DNA of 64,000 nucleotides from Candidatus Sericytochromatia bacterium (lineage in GTDB: Bacteria; Cyanobacteriota; Sericytochromatia; S15B-MN24; UBA4093), in assembly GCA_036676985.1 (NCBI GenBank), contig JAKFBU010000038.1:32001-96000 (forward strand), in the 5' to 3' direction. The position numbers and the translations under genes are program-made. The notes beneath the pieces are model-generated. The model was not told where the DNA came from and searched no databases. It worked only from the letters and a program-made list of their open reading frames with translations. Of the stretch, positions 26,633 through 36,352 are shown one piece after another. Position 1 is the stretch's first letter. Each line of letters begins with the position of its first letter.

Positions 26633-27412
26633 GTGCTCCTCACCAGCCTTCAAAACCCCAAGCTCAAGTCGCTCCGCTCGCTGCACGCCCGCAAGGGTCG
26701 AAAGCAGGCGGGCCTTTTCATGTTGGAGACCACCAAGCTGGTCCAGGAGGCGATCGCCTCTGGCTGGCCCCTGGAAGAGGTCTTCGCCACCGAGGAGTGG
26801 GTCGCCAAGTACGGAGCCCCCGCTGATGCCCCCGTGACCCTCGTGGCCGAGCGGCTGTTCACCCAGATCGTCACGACGGAGACGCCCGAGGGGGTCGTGG
26901 CCGTGGCACGGCTGCCGCAGGAGCCGGAGCTGCCGAAGGTGACGGCGACGTCGTTCTTCGTGGTGGCGGACGCCCTGCAGGACCCGGGCAACCTCGGGAC
27001 CATCATCCGCACGGCGGATGCGGTGGGCGCGACGGCCGTGCTCGTGGGGCCCGGGACGGTGGATCCCTACTCCCCGAAGGTCGTGCGCGCGACCATGGGC
27101 TCGCTCTTCCACCTGCCGGTGCTCGTGCGTTCGTCCCTCTACGACGATCTGAAGCAGCTCAAGGGACAGGGCGTCGCGGTCTTCGCCACGGCCCTGCGTC
27201 ACGACCGTTCGCTGTACGACCTGGACCTGTCGGGCCCCTTGGCGTGGCTCGTCGGGAACGAGGGGGCGGGGCTCACGCCGGAGGCCCTGGCGCTCGCCAC
27301 CGAGGCCGTCTCCATCCCCATGCCGGGGCAGGCGGAGTCCCTCAACGCCTCGGTCGCGACGGCCGTGTGCCTGTACGAGACCCTGCGGCAGCGCGTGGCT
27401 AGGGGCCGCTGA
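26633..27412 (+). CDS. TrmH/SpoU-family RNA methyltransferase
   Basis: QDPGNLGTIIRTADA, GNEGAGL, IPMPGQAESLNASVA. Confidence 0.9.
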   Translation: MLLTSLQNPKLKSLRSLHARKGRKQAGLFMLETTKLVQEAIASGWPLEEVFATEEWVAKYGAPADAPVTLVAERLFTQIVTTETPEGVVAVARLPQEPELPKVTATSFFVVADALQDPGNLGTIIRTADAVGATAVLVGPGTVDPYSPKVVRATMGSLFHLPVLVRSSLYDDLKQLKGQGVAVFATALRHDRSLYDLDLSGPLAWLVGNEGAGLTPEALALATEAVSIPMPGQAESLNASVATAVCLYETLRQRVARGR

Positions 27413-28031
27413 ACGGCGCGCGCTTTCTCAACTGACGAACGTACCAGATGATGGCCCAGCGGTCCTCCGTGCTCAGGCGCTTGCGGAAGCTCGGCATGGT
27501 GGAGAAGCCGTTGGTGATCCGCTCGAACATCAGACCATCGGACATGCCGCGAACGTGCGTGTCTGTGAGGTCGCGAGGGCGGGGGGCGTAGACCTCGCCG
27601 ACCGGTCCGTCGCCCTTGCCGCCCTGGCCGTGGCAGAAGGAGCAGTAGTCGCGGTACCGCACGGCGCCGACCGCGAGCACGGCGGCGGTGCGGGGCAAGG
27701 GGTTGGACGCGGTGGCGCCACCCGGCGGCAGGGCGGCCATGGACCAGGGGCGGGGCGGGGTCAAGGGGATCGAGCCGCTCGCGGGGAGGAGCGGGTCCTC
27801 TTGGGAATGGATGGACGGCTGATCGGCCATCTGGCCGGAGCAGCCCATGAGTAAGACCGTCAGCGCGAGGGTGACCCAGATACCACCCCCCCAACCCCCC
27901 CTGCTTCGCAAGGGGGGCTTTTGTTGGGGCGGGGCGGTGGATGGCGTTCCAATCTCCCGGCGCAGCCGGGCAGTCCTTGTGCCCCCCTTGCTTGCAGGGG
28001 GGGAAGGGGGGGTGGCTCTCGTCAGTCCCAT
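27399..28031 (-). CDS. actE: Monoheme cytochrome c lipoprotein, ACIII subunit ActE-like
   Basis: Lipobox LLMGC, CSFCH, distal Met MPSF; last gene of the ACIII operon. Confidence 0.75.
   Translation of the reverse strand: MGLTRATPPSPPASKGGTRTARLRREIGTPSTAPPQQKPPLRSRGGWGGGIWVTLALTVLLMGCSGQMADQPSIHSQEDPLLPASGSIPLTPPRPWSMAALPPGGATASNPLPRTAAVLAVGAVRYRDYCSFCHGQGGKGDGPVGEVYAPRPRDLTDTHVRGMSDGLMFERITNGFSTMPSFRKRLSTEDRWAIIWYVRQLRKRAPFSGP
27886..28012. repeat. Inverted pair of C/G-rich palindromic repeats inside the actE 5' region
   Basis: CCCCCCCAACCCCCCCTGCTTCGCAAGGGGGGC (+, from 27886) and CCCCCCCTTCCCCCCCTGCAAGCAAGGGGGGC (-, 27981-28012). Confidence 0.75.
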
Positions 28032-28522
28032 CGCCGCACCTCCAACGCCCCCGCCATCGCGGCCTCCGCCGCTTCCACCCGCTCAGCGGGCGCCGTCACC
28101 GTCACCCCGATCTTCCCGGCGGCGATCCGGTCGTCGTACGGCACCTTGCCCCGCGACTGCCGGCCGATGTGATACAGCGCCAGGAAGAAGGCGGTCCAGA
28201 TGGCCCCCAACATCGTCATCTCGTACATGATGACCCCCGACGTCGGCATGGACACGATGGCCTTGCCGCCTGTCGGCAGCGGGTAGAGCCACGCCGTCCC
28301 GGCCGCCAGCAGGAAGCCCGCGAGCGTCCCCACCGCCCCCATGACCACCGACGCGCGGACCTGGTCGTGGGTCCGGGTGTGGGGCAACCCCAGGGCGTCC
28401 GGTGGCAGGGGAATCGACGACAGCACGGCGATCTCGCGCGCCGCGAAGCGCGCCGCCTTGAGGGCATCGACGGCGCGCACCGCCGCGTCGAGGTCGCCAA
28501 AGAGCCCCAGCACGCTAGCCAT
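28022..28522 (-). CDS. actD: DUF3341 membrane protein, ACIII subunit ActD-like
   Basis: Two TM helices, YPLPTGGK..S.P..YEMT.L, YDDRI; operon position. Confidence 0.8.
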   Translation of the reverse strand: MASVLGLFGDLDAAVRAVDALKAARFAAREIAVLSSIPLPPDALGLPHTRTHDQVRASVVMGAVGTLAGFLLAAGTAWLYPLPTGGKAIVSMPTSGVIMYEMTMLGAIWTAFFLALYHIGRQSRGKVPYDDRIAAGKIGVTVTAPAERVEAAEAAMAGALEVRRWD

Positions 28523-29915
28523 GGCCGCCCTCCTGGCCCGTCTCCGGCAGGGCCACCGCCGTATAGGACCCCTTGCCCACCTGCTTGGTCGTCGCGTACA
28601 GCCGCTCCTCGCGCACCTCCCAGATGGCGATGACCGGGATGAGCTTGGAGAAGACGGTGTAGAGCAGCGCGAAGCCCGCGAAGGCCGCGCAGAAGATCGT
28701 CCACTCGACCCAGGTCGGCCAGTAGCTCCCCCACACGTAGGGGAAGCGCTTGAAAGACAGTGGCGGCACCACGATGAGCATGCGCTCGATGTACATGCCC
28801 ACGTTGATGAGCAGCGTGAGCACGACCATCGCCGGAATGCTCTGCCGGAAGCGCCGGAACGAGAGGCACAGGGGCGGCAGGATGGCGTTGCAGACGAGCA
28901 TGACCCAGCTCATGATCGAGAACCGGCCGAACAGGTACTCCATCCAGGCATGCCGCTCTTCGGGAAAGCGGCCGTACCAGCCCGTCAGGAAGTCGGCCCA
29001 CCACAGGTAGAACCAGATGAGTGAGATGGTGAGCAGGATCTTGCCCATCTTGTCGAAGTGCTCGGGGCGAAGGTAGGTCTCGAGCTTGTAGACCCAGCGC
29101 AGGGTGGCCATGACCGTGATGACGAGCGCCAGCCCCGAGTAGATGGCGCCCGCCACGAAGTAGGGCCCGAAGACCGTCGTGTGCCAGAGCGGGGGGGCGA
29201 TCGCCATGGCGAAGTCCCACGACACGATGGTGTGGACCGAGACCGCCACGGGCAGGATGGTCACGGCGAGGATGGCGAGCGCGCGCTCCAGGCGCTCCCA
29301 CTGCACGTTGCTGCCCCGCCAGCCGAAGCTGAGGAGCCCGTAGATGCGGCGCTTGAGGCCCGCACTCCGGTCGCGCACGGTGGCGAGGTCCGGGATGAGG
29401 GGCAGGTAGAAGTACATGGTGCTGCCCGTCAGGTAGGTCGTGATGGCGATGAAGTCCCAGAGCAGGGGAGAGCGGAAGTTGGGCCAGATCATCCGCTCGC
29501 TGGGATAGGGCAGGAGCCAGTAGAAGAGCCAGGAGCGCCCCAGGTGGATGATGGGGAAGAGGCCCGCCACCATGATGGTGAAGAGGGTCATGGCCTCCGC
29601 CGCCCGGACCACGGGCCGCCGCCACTCGGCCCTGGTCAGCCGGAGGATGGCCGAGATGAGCGTGCCCGAGTGCGACAGGCCAATCCAGAACACGAAGTTC
29701 GCGATGAGCATGCCCCACATGTTCGGTCGGCTGAGGCCCGTGACCCCCATGCCCGTGCGCGCCATGTACAGGTAGGCCCCGGCGCCCGCCAGGATGATGA
29801 GTGACAGCACGGCTACCAGGAGCCAGAACCTCCAGGTCGTCCGGGCCATGGGCCGGAGGATGTCGTCGACGATCTGCTCGTCGGACGGTAGGGGATGGCG
29901 GTGGGGGGCGGCCAT
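28515..29915 (-). CDS. actC: NrfD/PsrC-family membrane quinol-binding subunit ActC
   Basis: NFVFWIGLSHSGTLISAIL, HLGR, WPNFRSPLLWD, SVHTIVSWDFA, PYFVAGAIYSG. Confidence 0.9.
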   Translation of the reverse strand: MAAPHRHPLPSDEQIVDDILRPMARTTWRFWLLVAVLSLIILAGAGAYLYMARTGMGVTGLSRPNMWGMLIANFVFWIGLSHSGTLISAILRLTRAEWRRPVVRAAEAMTLFTIMVAGLFPIIHLGRSWLFYWLLPYPSERMIWPNFRSPLLWDFIAITTYLTGSTMYFYLPLIPDLATVRDRSAGLKRRIYGLLSFGWRGSNVQWERLERALAILAVTILPVAVSVHTIVSWDFAMAIAPPLWHTTVFGPYFVAGAIYSGLALVITVMATLRWVYKLETYLRPEHFDKMGKILLTISLIWFYLWWADFLTGWYGRFPEERHAWMEYLFGRFSIMSWVMLVCNAILPPLCLSFRRFRQSIPAMVVLTLLINVGMYIERMLIVVPPLSFKRFPYVWGSYWPTWVEWTIFCAAFAGFALLYTVFSKLIPVIAIWEVREERLYATTKQVGKGSYTAVALPETGQEGGHG

Positions 29916-29917
29916 GG

Positions 29918-30664
29918 CTACTCCCTCTGCCGCTTGAGGTAGATGACCACAGGGTCGGTCCCGAGCTCGCCGAGCAGCTGGAAGCGCCGCTCGTCGCCCG
30001 CGAGCTTGCTGACCCGGCTCTCGGGATCGGCGAGGTCGCCGAAGACCAGGGCGTCGGTCGGGCACGACTGGGCGCAGGCCGGCACGATCTCGCCGTCCCG
30101 GACGTCGCGACCCTCGTTGGCGGCCGTTTGCTTGCCCGTGTTGATGCGCTGGATGCAGAAGGTGCACTTCTCCATGACCCCGCGGCTGCGGACCGTGACG
30201 TCCGGGTTGAGGTGGTTGTGCAGTGGCTCGGGCCAGACCGGGTCGAACCAGTTGAAGAAGCGGACGTCGTACGGGCAGTTGTTGGCGCAGTAGCGGGTGC
30301 CGACGCAGCGGTTGTAGATCTGGGTGTTGAGGCCTTCGGGGTTGTGGTAGGTCGCAAACACCGGGCACACGGGCTCGCAGGGGGCATGGGTGCAGTGCTG
30401 GCAGAGCACGGGCAGGAAGCGCGCCTGGACGTCCGGGTACTCTCCGTCCCAGTAGCGCTCGACGCGGATCCAGCTGATGGACCGGCCGCGGCCGCACTCG
30501 TCTTCGCCGACCACCGGGATGTTGTTCTCGGCCTTGCATGCGACGACGCAGGCCTCGCAGCCGTTGCACCTGTCCAGGTCCACGACCATGCCCCAGCGAT
30601 GCAGGCCGGTCTCGGGGGCGGTCGGGAGGGGCATCCGGTCTTGCTTATCGGCTGGTTCCGCCAT
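29918..30664 (-). CDS. 4Fe-4S ferredoxin subunit (ActB2/QrcC-like)
   Basis: CNGCEACVVAC, CQHCTHAPCEPVCP, CVGTRYCANNCPY, EKCTFC..PACAQSCP. Confidence 0.9.
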   Translation of the reverse strand: MAEPADKQDRMPLPTAPETGLHRWGMVVDLDRCNGCEACVVACKAENNIPVVGEDECGRGRSISWIRVERYWDGEYPDVQARFLPVLCQHCTHAPCEPVCPVFATYHNPEGLNTQIYNRCVGTRYCANNCPYDVRFFNWFDPVWPEPLHNHLNPDVTVRSRGVMEKCTFCIQRINTGKQTAANEGRDVRDGEIVPACAQSCPTDALVFGDLADPESRVSKLAGDERRFQLLGELGTDPVVIYLKRQRE

Positions 30665-32888
30665 GGGGACCTCCTGCGCGATCGTCCCAGGGCCATTGCT
30701 TGGAGACGAGATCTTCGAGGGAGACGTAGTTCGGGGAGTCGTGGTGCTCAGGGGGCCATGGTCGCCGCTCGACCTTGGTGAAGGACGGGGCGTCCGGCGT
30801 CCGTTCGAGGCTCACGCGAGTGGCGGCCCAGGCGAGTCCCCCTGACCCCGGAACCGTGGTCGGGGCCACCACGTCCATGGGGTTGCTGCCCCGGCCGGCC
30901 GCGTAGCGCCCGTAGGCCCGGTGGCCCTGGCCCATGGGCATGGCGACGACGGTGGGATGGAGCCCGGGATAGAGGTGGACGCGCGCCTCGAGGGTGCCGT
31001 GGGGCGATCGCACCTGGACGGCGTCGCCCTCGGCCACTCCGAGCCTTAGGGCGGTGGCGGGGTTGAGCTCCACCCAGCTGCTCCAGACGCCCGCGGTCAT
31101 GGGGTCCGGCAGCTCCTGCTGCCAGGGCAGGTTGGCCGCGCGCCCGTCATGCAGGGAAGGAGAGACGTAAGGGTAGAAGGCGAAGGGAAACTCCTGCGGG
31201 CTGCCGGTGAAGGTGGGCGCAGGAACGGCCGGAACGCTCGTCTTGCCCCGTAGCGCGCCGGGGCCTGCCGCCTTGCCGCTCCAGAGTCCGGCCTGTCGTA
31301 CGTCGGACCAGAGCGCGGGCTGTTGCGGTGCGACCGAGGCCCAGGTGGATCGGACCAGGTCCACGTACGAGGCCCAGGGCATGGCGGCTGCGAGCGAACC
31401 ACCGAGGGCCTTGCCGAGCGAGATCAGCACGTCCGGGGTAGGCCTGGTGTCGAAGACCGGGGAGACCACGGGCTGCCGGCTCGTGAGCACGGGGACGCCC
31501 GGGCTGGGCTCGCCGGCAACCAGTCCCCAGCTCTCGAGGTAGGTGTGGTCGGGCAGGATGAGGTCGGCGTGGGCCGTCGTGTCATCGACGAAGCTGCCGA
31601 AGCTCACGATGAAGGGGACGTTGGCCAGGGCCTCGCGAAAGCCCATGCGCTTGGGCAGCAGGTAGGCCGGGTCCGCCTGGTGGACGAGCAGGACCTGCAC
31701 CCGGCCCGCGCGCATGCGCGCGATGAGGGCCGTCCACTCGCTGAAGGCGCCCGGGGCGAAGGCGTTGAGCTGGCGCACGGGAGCGGGTGGCGAGGCGAGC
31801 AGGCCGCCCGGGACGCCCACGCTGCCGACCAGCATGTTGAGGGCATGGACCGCCGATGCCGTCTGGACGCCGTTGGTGTGCGCGAGGGCGGGCCCGCCCG
31901 CGATGGCGAGTGCCGGGCGACTGGTCGCGAAGTCGCGTGCCAGCTCGCGGATGGTCCGGGCGGAAACCTCCAGGGTCGCGGCCACCTGTTCGGGGGCATA
32001 GGCGGCGAGGGCGGGCCCCCAGGCCTCGAAGCCCGGCACGGCCAGCTGCTCGGTCACGAGGACATGCGCGAGCGAGAGGGCGAGCATGCCCTCGTACCCC
32101 GGCGGCACCGGGATCCAGCGGTCGGCGGATCCCGCCGTGAGGGACATGCGCGGCTCCACGTGGACCATGCGGCCTCGTATGCCGGGCCGCCCCTGGCGCA
32201 TGTGGCCGTACTGGAGCGAGTAGTTGACGGGCGAGAGCCAGGTCTCGAAGAGGTCCGCGCCGAAGTTGATAAGAAAGCGGCTGTTGGCGAGGTCGTAGTG
32301 GGGCGGGCGGTCCATGCCGAGGCGATCGCGCAGCCCCGCCACGAGCGTCTCCTGTCCCTGGATGTCCAGGGTCACGGGCCCGCGGCCGCCCGCCGCCCGG
32401 GCAAAGCGGTCGAGCACGAGCCCTAGCGTGCCGTTCAGGGGACGCGAGACCAGGGTCACGGTCCCCTTGCCCACTTCGGGAACCAGGCGCTGGGCGAGCA
32501 GCGACAGGGCATCGTCCCACTTGATCGGCTCGAACGAGGCCTGGCCGCGATCGCCCTTGCGACGCATGGGCCCGCGGACCCGGTCGGGGTGGTAGAGCAC
32601 CTGGAGGCCGGACTGCCCCATGGCGCAGAGCTTCCCGCGGTTCACCGGATGGGCCGGATTCCCCTCCAGCTTGACCGCGCGGCCCTCGATGACCCGGGCC
32701 ATGATCCCGCAGCCCGCCTCGCACTGGCCGCAGGCCGTCGCGTACCAGTTGTCGACGCCGGGCAGGACGTCCTCGGGCTGCTCCACGTAGGGCACGTAGT
32801 AGGAGCGGGGCCGGGGCACGGTACAGGCGGAGAGCAGCGTCGAGGACGCCGCCAGGCCTCCGAGCTTGAGAAAGTCCCTGCGCTTCAT
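30645..32888 (-). CDS. Molybdopterin-oxidoreductase-like subunit (ActB1/QrcB-like), Tat lipoprotein
   Basis: GGAG RBS/ATG 32888; MKRRDFLK Tat motif, LSAC, CGQCEAGC..KLEGNPAHPVNRGKLC, ADLILPDHTYLESW, QELPDPMT. Confidence 0.88.
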   Translation of the reverse strand: MKRRDFLKLGGLAASSTLLSACTVPRPRSYYVPYVEQPEDVLPGVDNWYATACGQCEAGCGIMARVIEGRAVKLEGNPAHPVNRGKLCAMGQSGLQVLYHPDRVRGPMRRKGDRGQASFEPIKWDDALSLLAQRLVPEVGKGTVTLVSRPLNGTLGLVLDRFARAAGGRGPVTLDIQGQETLVAGLRDRLGMDRPPHYDLANSRFLINFGADLFETWLSPVNYSLQYGHMRQGRPGIRGRMVHVEPRMSLTAGSADRWIPVPPGYEGMLALSLAHVLVTEQLAVPGFEAWGPALAAYAPEQVAATLEVSARTIRELARDFATSRPALAIAGGPALAHTNGVQTASAVHALNMLVGSVGVPGGLLASPPAPVRQLNAFAPGAFSEWTALIARMRAGRVQVLLVHQADPAYLLPKRMGFREALANVPFIVSFGSFVDDTTAHADLILPDHTYLESWGLVAGEPSPGVPVLTSRQPVVSPVFDTRPTPDVLISLGKALGGSLAAAMPWASYVDLVRSTWASVAPQQPALWSDVRQAGLWSGKAAGPGALRGKTSVPAVPAPTFTGSPQEFPFAFYPYVSPSLHDGRAANLPWQQELPDPMTAGVWSSWVELNPATALRLGVAEGDAVQVRSPHGTLEARVHLYPGLHPTVVAMPMGQGHRAYGRYAAGRGSNPMDVVAPTTVPGSGGLAWAATRVSLERTPDAPSFTKVERRPWPPEHHDSPNYVSLEDLVSKQWPWDDRAGGPHGGTSR

Positions 32889-32896
32889 GGCGTCTC

Positions 32897-33400
32897 CTAG
32901 TAGTGGCAAGTGAAACAGTCGGTGGGCGCCTTCATCTGGTTGTGGCACTGGAGGCACTCGCCCATGGTGAGGGCGCGGGCCTTCACCACCCGGTCCATCC
33001 GCGCGACGTCCCCGTGACAGGACGTGCACGAGACGCCCTTCCGGATGTGGCGCATGTGGTTGAAGCGCACGTACTCCGGGAGGTTGGTGACCCGGATCCA
33101 GCGGATGGGCTCCTTTTGCTGGTAGGCCGCCATCACCTTCTGGACGTCGGGGTTGGTGGGCATCACCACCCGGTGGCACTCGTAGCAGGTCTCGACCGCC
33201 GGGATCGTGGCATGGGCCGTGGTCGCCACCCCCTGGTGGCAGTAAATGCACGAGATCTGGCGCTTGCCGGCGTGGGCGGCGTGGCTGAAGGCGATCGGCT
33301 GCACCGGTGCCGGGTGCCGGCTCGCATAGCCGTAGAGCCCCCCGGCGACGGCGATCGCGAGGAAGGGGAGGCCGATCAGGATCCAGCGACTGCGCTTCAT
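32897..33400 (-). CDS. actA: Pentaheme cytochrome c, ACIII subunit ActA
   Basis: N-terminal TM, QPIAFSH, five CxxCH (CIYCH, CYECH, CTSCH, CLQCH, CFTCH). Confidence 0.9.
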   Translation of the reverse strand: MKRSRWILIGLPFLAIAVAGGLYGYASRHPAPVQPIAFSHAAHAGKRQISCIYCHQGVATTAHATIPAVETCYECHRVVMPTNPDVQKVMAAYQQKEPIRWIRVTNLPEYVRFNHMRHIRKGVSCTSCHGDVARMDRVVKARALTMGECLQCHNQMKAPTDCFTCHY

Positions 33401-33497
33401 TCGCTCCTGCGTTCGTGACTCACAAAAGTTAATGAAGATGATTTCAGGTCGTCGTCCACCTGTCAAACGATCGGGACCGGAACGTGCGCCAACAAGC

Positions 33498-33532
33498 TCA
33501 GGGCCCCTTCCGCCAAGCGGAAGGGGCCCTGA
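33498..33532 (-). terminator. Hairpin downstream of valS
   Basis: TCAGGGCCCCTTCCGC-CAA-GCGGAAGGGGCCCTGA 16-bp stem. Confidence 0.7.
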
Positions 33533-33557
33533 AAGTCGTCCGATGGATGGGCCGGAG

Positions 33558-36209
33558 CTAGCTCCAGCGAGCGATCTGGGCGGCGAGGGTGGTGAGTTGC
33601 TGCTCGACCTCGACCACCCGGTTGCGCAGCTTGTCGACCACCTGGGCCGGGGCCTTGGAGACGAACGCCTCGTTGCCGAGCTGATTCTGAAGGCGCTCGC
33701 GCTCGCCCTGGAGCTGCTTCTGATCCTTGTTGAGGCGCTCGATCTCCTTCTGGATGTCCAGGAGGCCCGCCAGGGGCAGGAGGATCGTGTTCTCGCCGGC
33801 GACCCCCGAGGCCGCCTGCGGGATGTCCTCGGCAGTGGTCGAGATGTCCACCGTCTCCGAGCGGGTGAGGAAGGCGATCGCCCCCTGCATGGCGCTCAGG
33901 ATGGGGGCCTGGCCCTCGCTCGCGTGGATGAACAGGCGCTCCGCCTTCTTGGCGGGCGGCACGCCGAGCTCGGCGCGGATGTTGCGCACCGTCCGGATGA
34001 CCTCCATGACCAGGCCCATCTCCGTCTCGGCCTTGGCGCTGCGCAGGTCGTCGCGCACCCGGGGCCACTCGGTCCTGAGCAGGGTGTCGACCGGCGGCAC
34101 CAGCTCCTGGGCGACCAGCTGCGCGTAGATCTCCTCGGTGATGAACGGCATGAAGGGGTGCAAGAGGCGCAGCACCGTCGAGAGCACCTCGCGCAGGACG
34201 GCCTTGACCGTCTCGTCGCCCGCGTGCATCCGGGGCTTGGCGAGCTCCACGTACCAGTCGCAGAACTCGTTCCAGGTGAACTCGTAGAGGGCCGTGGTGG
34301 CGTCGCTCATCCGGAAGGCGTCCACGGCCTCGGTGACGGTCTCGATGGTCTGCTGCAGGCGGCTGAGGATCCAGCGGTCGGCGAGCTCGAGCTGGCGCAG
34401 CTCGCTCTTGTCGCCCTGCGGCAGGTTCATGAGCACGAAGCGGCTGGCGTTCCAGAGCTTGTTGGCGAAGTTGCGTCCGCTCTCGAGCTTGTCCTCGGTG
34501 TAGCGGACGTCCTGCGAGCTGGTGCCGGCCCCCGCGAACCAGAAGCGGCAGGCATCGGTTCCGTACTTGGCCATGATGTCGAGCGGATCGACGCCCGTGC
34601 CCTTGGACTTGCTCATGCGCTGGCCCTTGGCGTCCAGGATGGTCGCGTGGATGACGACGTCCCGGAACGGGATCTCGTGCTCGAACTCCATGCTCATGAA
34701 GACCATGCGCGCCACCCACAGGTAGAGGATGTCCCGCGCCGTCGAGAGCACGTTGGTCGGGTAGTAGTAGTCGAACTCGGGCGTCTTGTCAGGCCAGCCG
34801 AGCGTGGCGAAGGGCCACATGGCGCTCGAGAACCAGGTGTCGAGCACGTCGGGGTCCTGCTCCACGGCGGCCGAGCAGACCGGGCATTCCGAAAGGTCGG
34901 TCATGGACGCGTTGACGTGGCCGTTGGTGCAGGTCCACACCGGGATCCGGTGGCCCCACCACAGCTGGCGCGAGACGCACCAGTCCTTGATGTTGCGCAG
35001 CCAGTCCAGGTACACGCCGCTCCAGCGATCGGGCGTGAAGTGGACCTGGCCCTCCTCGACCACGCGGATGGCCGGGCCCGCGAGCTCCTTCATGGCCACG
35101 AACCACTGGTCGGAGAGGCGCGGCTCGATGACGGTGCTGCAGCGATCGCAGTGGCTGACGTTGTTGCGGTAGGACTCTTCCTTGACGAGCACGCCCTCGG
35201 CCTTGAGGCGCTGGGTGGCGGCCGCGCGCGCCTCGAAGCGGTCCATGCCCTCCCAGTCGGGGCCGGCGGCCTCGCTCATCTTGCCGTCGGGGGTCATGAC
35301 GTCGATCTTGGGCAGGCCATGCGCCTCGCCGATCTCGTAGTCGGCGGGGTCGTGGGCCGGGGTGATCTTGAGGGCGCCGGTGCCGAACTCGCGCTCCACG
35401 TGGGTGTCCGCGATGACAGGCACCAGCCGGTCGGTCATGGGCACGCGCACCTTCTTGCCGATCATGGCCTGGAAGCGCTCGTCCTCTGGGTGCACGGCCA
35501 CGGCCACGTCGCCGAGGATCGTCTCCGGGCGAACGGTCGCGACCGTGATCGAGCCCGAGCCGTCCTCCAGGGCGTACTGGACGTGGTACAGGGTGCTGTC
35601 GGCCTCCTTGTAGGCGACCTCCAGGTCCGAGAGGGACGTCAGGCAGCGGGGACACCAGTTGATGATGCGGTTGCCGCGGTAGATCCAGCCCTTGTTGTAG
35701 AGGTGCACGAAGGCCTTGCGGACCGCACGGCTGTAACCCTCGTCCATGGTGAAGCGCCAGCGCGAGTAGTCCATGGACGCGCCGAGCTTCTGGAACTGGT
35801 TGATGATGGTGTTGCCGTAGTGCTCCTTCCAGTCCCAGACCTCGGCCAAAAAGGCCTCTCGGCCCAGGTCGTGGCGCGTCTTGCCCTGCTCGGTGCGCAG
35901 CTTGCGCTCCACGACGTTCTGGGTGGCGATGCCCGCGTGGTCGGTGCCGCCCTGCCAGAGCACGCCGTAGCCCTGCATGCGGCGGGTACGGCAGAGCACG
36001 TCCTGGATGGTGCCGTTGGTCGCGTGGCCCAGGTGCAGGGAGCCCGTGACGTTCGGAGGCGGCAGCGTGATGGAGTAGGGCTTCTTGGCCGGATCGACGT
36101 CCATCTTGAAGACGCCCAGGGTGTCCCAGCGATCGCTCCACTTGTTTTCGACGGCCCCCGGTTCGTAGGCGGTGGGCAGCTGGGCGGGTGCGGTCGTGGT
36201 GGGTTCCAT
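33558..36209 (-). CDS. valS: Valine--tRNA ligase
   Basis: PPPNVTGSLHLGHA (HIGH), DWCVSRQLWWGHRIP, RMSKSKG (KMSKS), C-terminal coiled coil. Confidence 0.97.
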   Translation of the reverse strand: MEPTTTAPAQLPTAYEPGAVENKWSDRWDTLGVFKMDVDPAKKPYSITLPPPNVTGSLHLGHATNGTIQDVLCRTRRMQGYGVLWQGGTDHAGIATQNVVERKLRTEQGKTRHDLGREAFLAEVWDWKEHYGNTIINQFQKLGASMDYSRWRFTMDEGYSRAVRKAFVHLYNKGWIYRGNRIINWCPRCLTSLSDLEVAYKEADSTLYHVQYALEDGSGSITVATVRPETILGDVAVAVHPEDERFQAMIGKKVRVPMTDRLVPVIADTHVEREFGTGALKITPAHDPADYEIGEAHGLPKIDVMTPDGKMSEAAGPDWEGMDRFEARAAATQRLKAEGVLVKEESYRNNVSHCDRCSTVIEPRLSDQWFVAMKELAGPAIRVVEEGQVHFTPDRWSGVYLDWLRNIKDWCVSRQLWWGHRIPVWTCTNGHVNASMTDLSECPVCSAAVEQDPDVLDTWFSSAMWPFATLGWPDKTPEFDYYYPTNVLSTARDILYLWVARMVFMSMEFEHEIPFRDVVIHATILDAKGQRMSKSKGTGVDPLDIMAKYGTDACRFWFAGAGTSSQDVRYTEDKLESGRNFANKLWNASRFVLMNLPQGDKSELRQLELADRWILSRLQQTIETVTEAVDAFRMSDATTALYEFTWNEFCDWYVELAKPRMHAGDETVKAVLREVLSTVLRLLHPFMPFITEEIYAQLVAQELVPPVDTLLRTEWPRVRDDLRSAKAETEMGLVMEVIRTVRNIRAELGVPPAKKAERLFIHASEGQAPILSAMQGAIAFLTRSETVDISTTAEDIPQAASGVAGENTILLPLAGLLDIQKEIERLNKDQKQLQGERERLQNQLGNEAFVSKAPAQVVDKLRNRVVEVEQQLTTLAAQIARWS

Positions 36210-36352
36210 GGGGCCTCCAGTGGGCTCTAGCGCGGGCGAGCGGCGAGTGGGCAGGACGGGGTCCGTGAGGAGGTCATTTTACCATGCATGAACCGTCCAA
36301 CCGTTCCACGACCTGTGCTAGAGTGGGAAGGAAGCGTTTTGACGAGGTGACC

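Noticed and set aside
33432-36230. Very long antisense or alternate-frame ORFs (also 45669-48608, 48749-51643, 41719-43800, 5756-7696)
   Set aside because: Shadows of real genes, expected at high GC3; no motifs or RBS
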